From positions 2,604,001 to 2,668,000 of the forward strand of contig CM120643.1 in NCBI GenBank assembly GCA_051362555.1: a DNA stretch of 64,000 bases. Direction: 5' to 3'. Origin of the DNA: Lingula anatina. Its lineage: Eukaryota > Animalia > Brachiopoda. The translations under genes were made by a program, and so were the position numbers. Below are positions 62,779-64,000 of this stretch, piece by piece. The notes under the pieces were generated by a model that searched no databases, was not told the DNA's origin, and saw nothing but the letters and a program-made list of their open reading frames with translations. Position 1 is the first letter of the stretch. Every line of letters begins with the position of its first letter.

Positions 62779-64000
62779 ATCTAGCTTCATTACCCCCTCT
62801 AAGGCAATGGATGACCTGCTTTGCTATTTAGTTTTTTTTAGCATTATCATAATTTTGATATGATATGAAATTAAAATTTGCAAATCATATGATTTCGGTG
62901 TGTACGCGTGCGCCTGTTTTTGTGTTTGCTCATCTATTCATATAATGTACATAGTTGAAACGTTCATTTTTTAGGAAGGGAAGGAAGATATCCACCCTTA
63001 CCAACGAGCCTTTGGTAAATAATACAAACAGCTAGTCCAAATATCATATCATTATATAAAACCTGTGCATTGCAGGTAAAATACGGCTTTGAACGTTTGC
63101 CTACGGATTTCTATTCCTTAAAGTGACACCCTTTTCCACTCATTTAGTTTCATCAAAAACGTAATACTTACGCGTTTTAATTACTTACCATACAGTATAG
63201 ATAATAGGAATATATATCTTCACGTCCACGATACTGGGTAACAACAATGGGTTATCGTATTTGAAAGTCTGTCAAAGAATTCCTATGTGTTGGATTACAA
63301 TGGGGCTGCTTTCACTTGAAAAGGGATGGGTTGTTTTAATATAACAAACAATTGTGTGTTTCCAAACATCGCTGTGTATTTAAAACTTTTTAATTCTTAG
63401 CTGAAAATAATACTAAAACAGCGCTTAAATCTTAGATACAGACATGTGAGACTGTTTTACAGCTGTGCGTTATGGAAAAGAAAGCTCTCAGAATAGTATT
63501 ATCATGTTTTTTGGCCCTCTCAGGGATCATTTACGGCAAACACTCTAGAGAAATACAAAAATTTCTCTCCGTCGCAAATTATGATGCGTGAAGAGAGCGG
63601 TTTGTTGTGCATTACTTTCGTTTCCGATTTCCACTTCAGTACACAGTATTATATCCCATACACGTGAACAATACAAATTTCAATCTTGGGATTTAAATAC
63701 CTGATATACACTCTGCTTTTCATAAAACAACAATGTGTAAGGAAATCCTGTCATCTGAGCGTTTAAGCACAAATGTTATGACCCAATCCTGTTTCGGTCC
63801 CTTCAGACAGGCATGAGTCACAGCTAGAGTGTAGTTTCGTTTCCCCATTCAGCTTCGGCCAAATAGTGGAGATTTTTATTGATGACGTAATGACCCGGTC
63901 ACATGAATATTAAATGAGGCTAATTAAATTAGCTATAGATCTATCCGGTTCCCACTTTTTTGCTTGTAATGCACGAAAAACGCTTTCACGCCATCGCTGT

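Noticed and set aside
63117-64000. TTAA-AGTGACAC start resembling a Kolobok terminus
   Set aside because: No matching inverted end within the window, so it cannot be confirmed.

Overview
Intron-rich, AT-rich animal genomic DNA, probably from an invertebrate (inference from TE content and gene structure). 1-10.1 kb holds the 5' part of CNOT1 (CCR4-NOT scaffold, minus strand, 18 coding exons traced by hand, continuing off the left edge). Its introns carry a candidate box C/D snoRNA and a minisatellite made of duplicated splice donors. 11-24 kb has a 34-bp G-rich minisatellite, an orphan terminal exon, tRNA-Val(CAC), a young 5'-truncated L1/Tx1-type LINE and a two-exon TMEM53 gene whose nucleophile-elbow Ser is replaced. 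24.8-52.2 kb is a duplicated tRNA-Asn(GTT) array (3 intact genes, several decayed, plus a second tRNA-Val) split by a ~20-kb nest of transposons. The nest is a ~750-bp CCAAT-rich repeat hit by an AT-TSD (ISL2EU-like) element and by a 14.6-kb decayed AcademHP transposon, which has a spliced PHD-containing transposase convergent with a spliced RecQ helicase. The AcademHP itself contains a bipartite RTE, a CR1/L2-group LINE, MITEs and a second long-TIR Academ. 52-64 kb has no recognisable host gene, only MITEs, an IS3EU-like foldback and TE fragments. All family assignments come from hand translation and recalled motifs; no database search was run.
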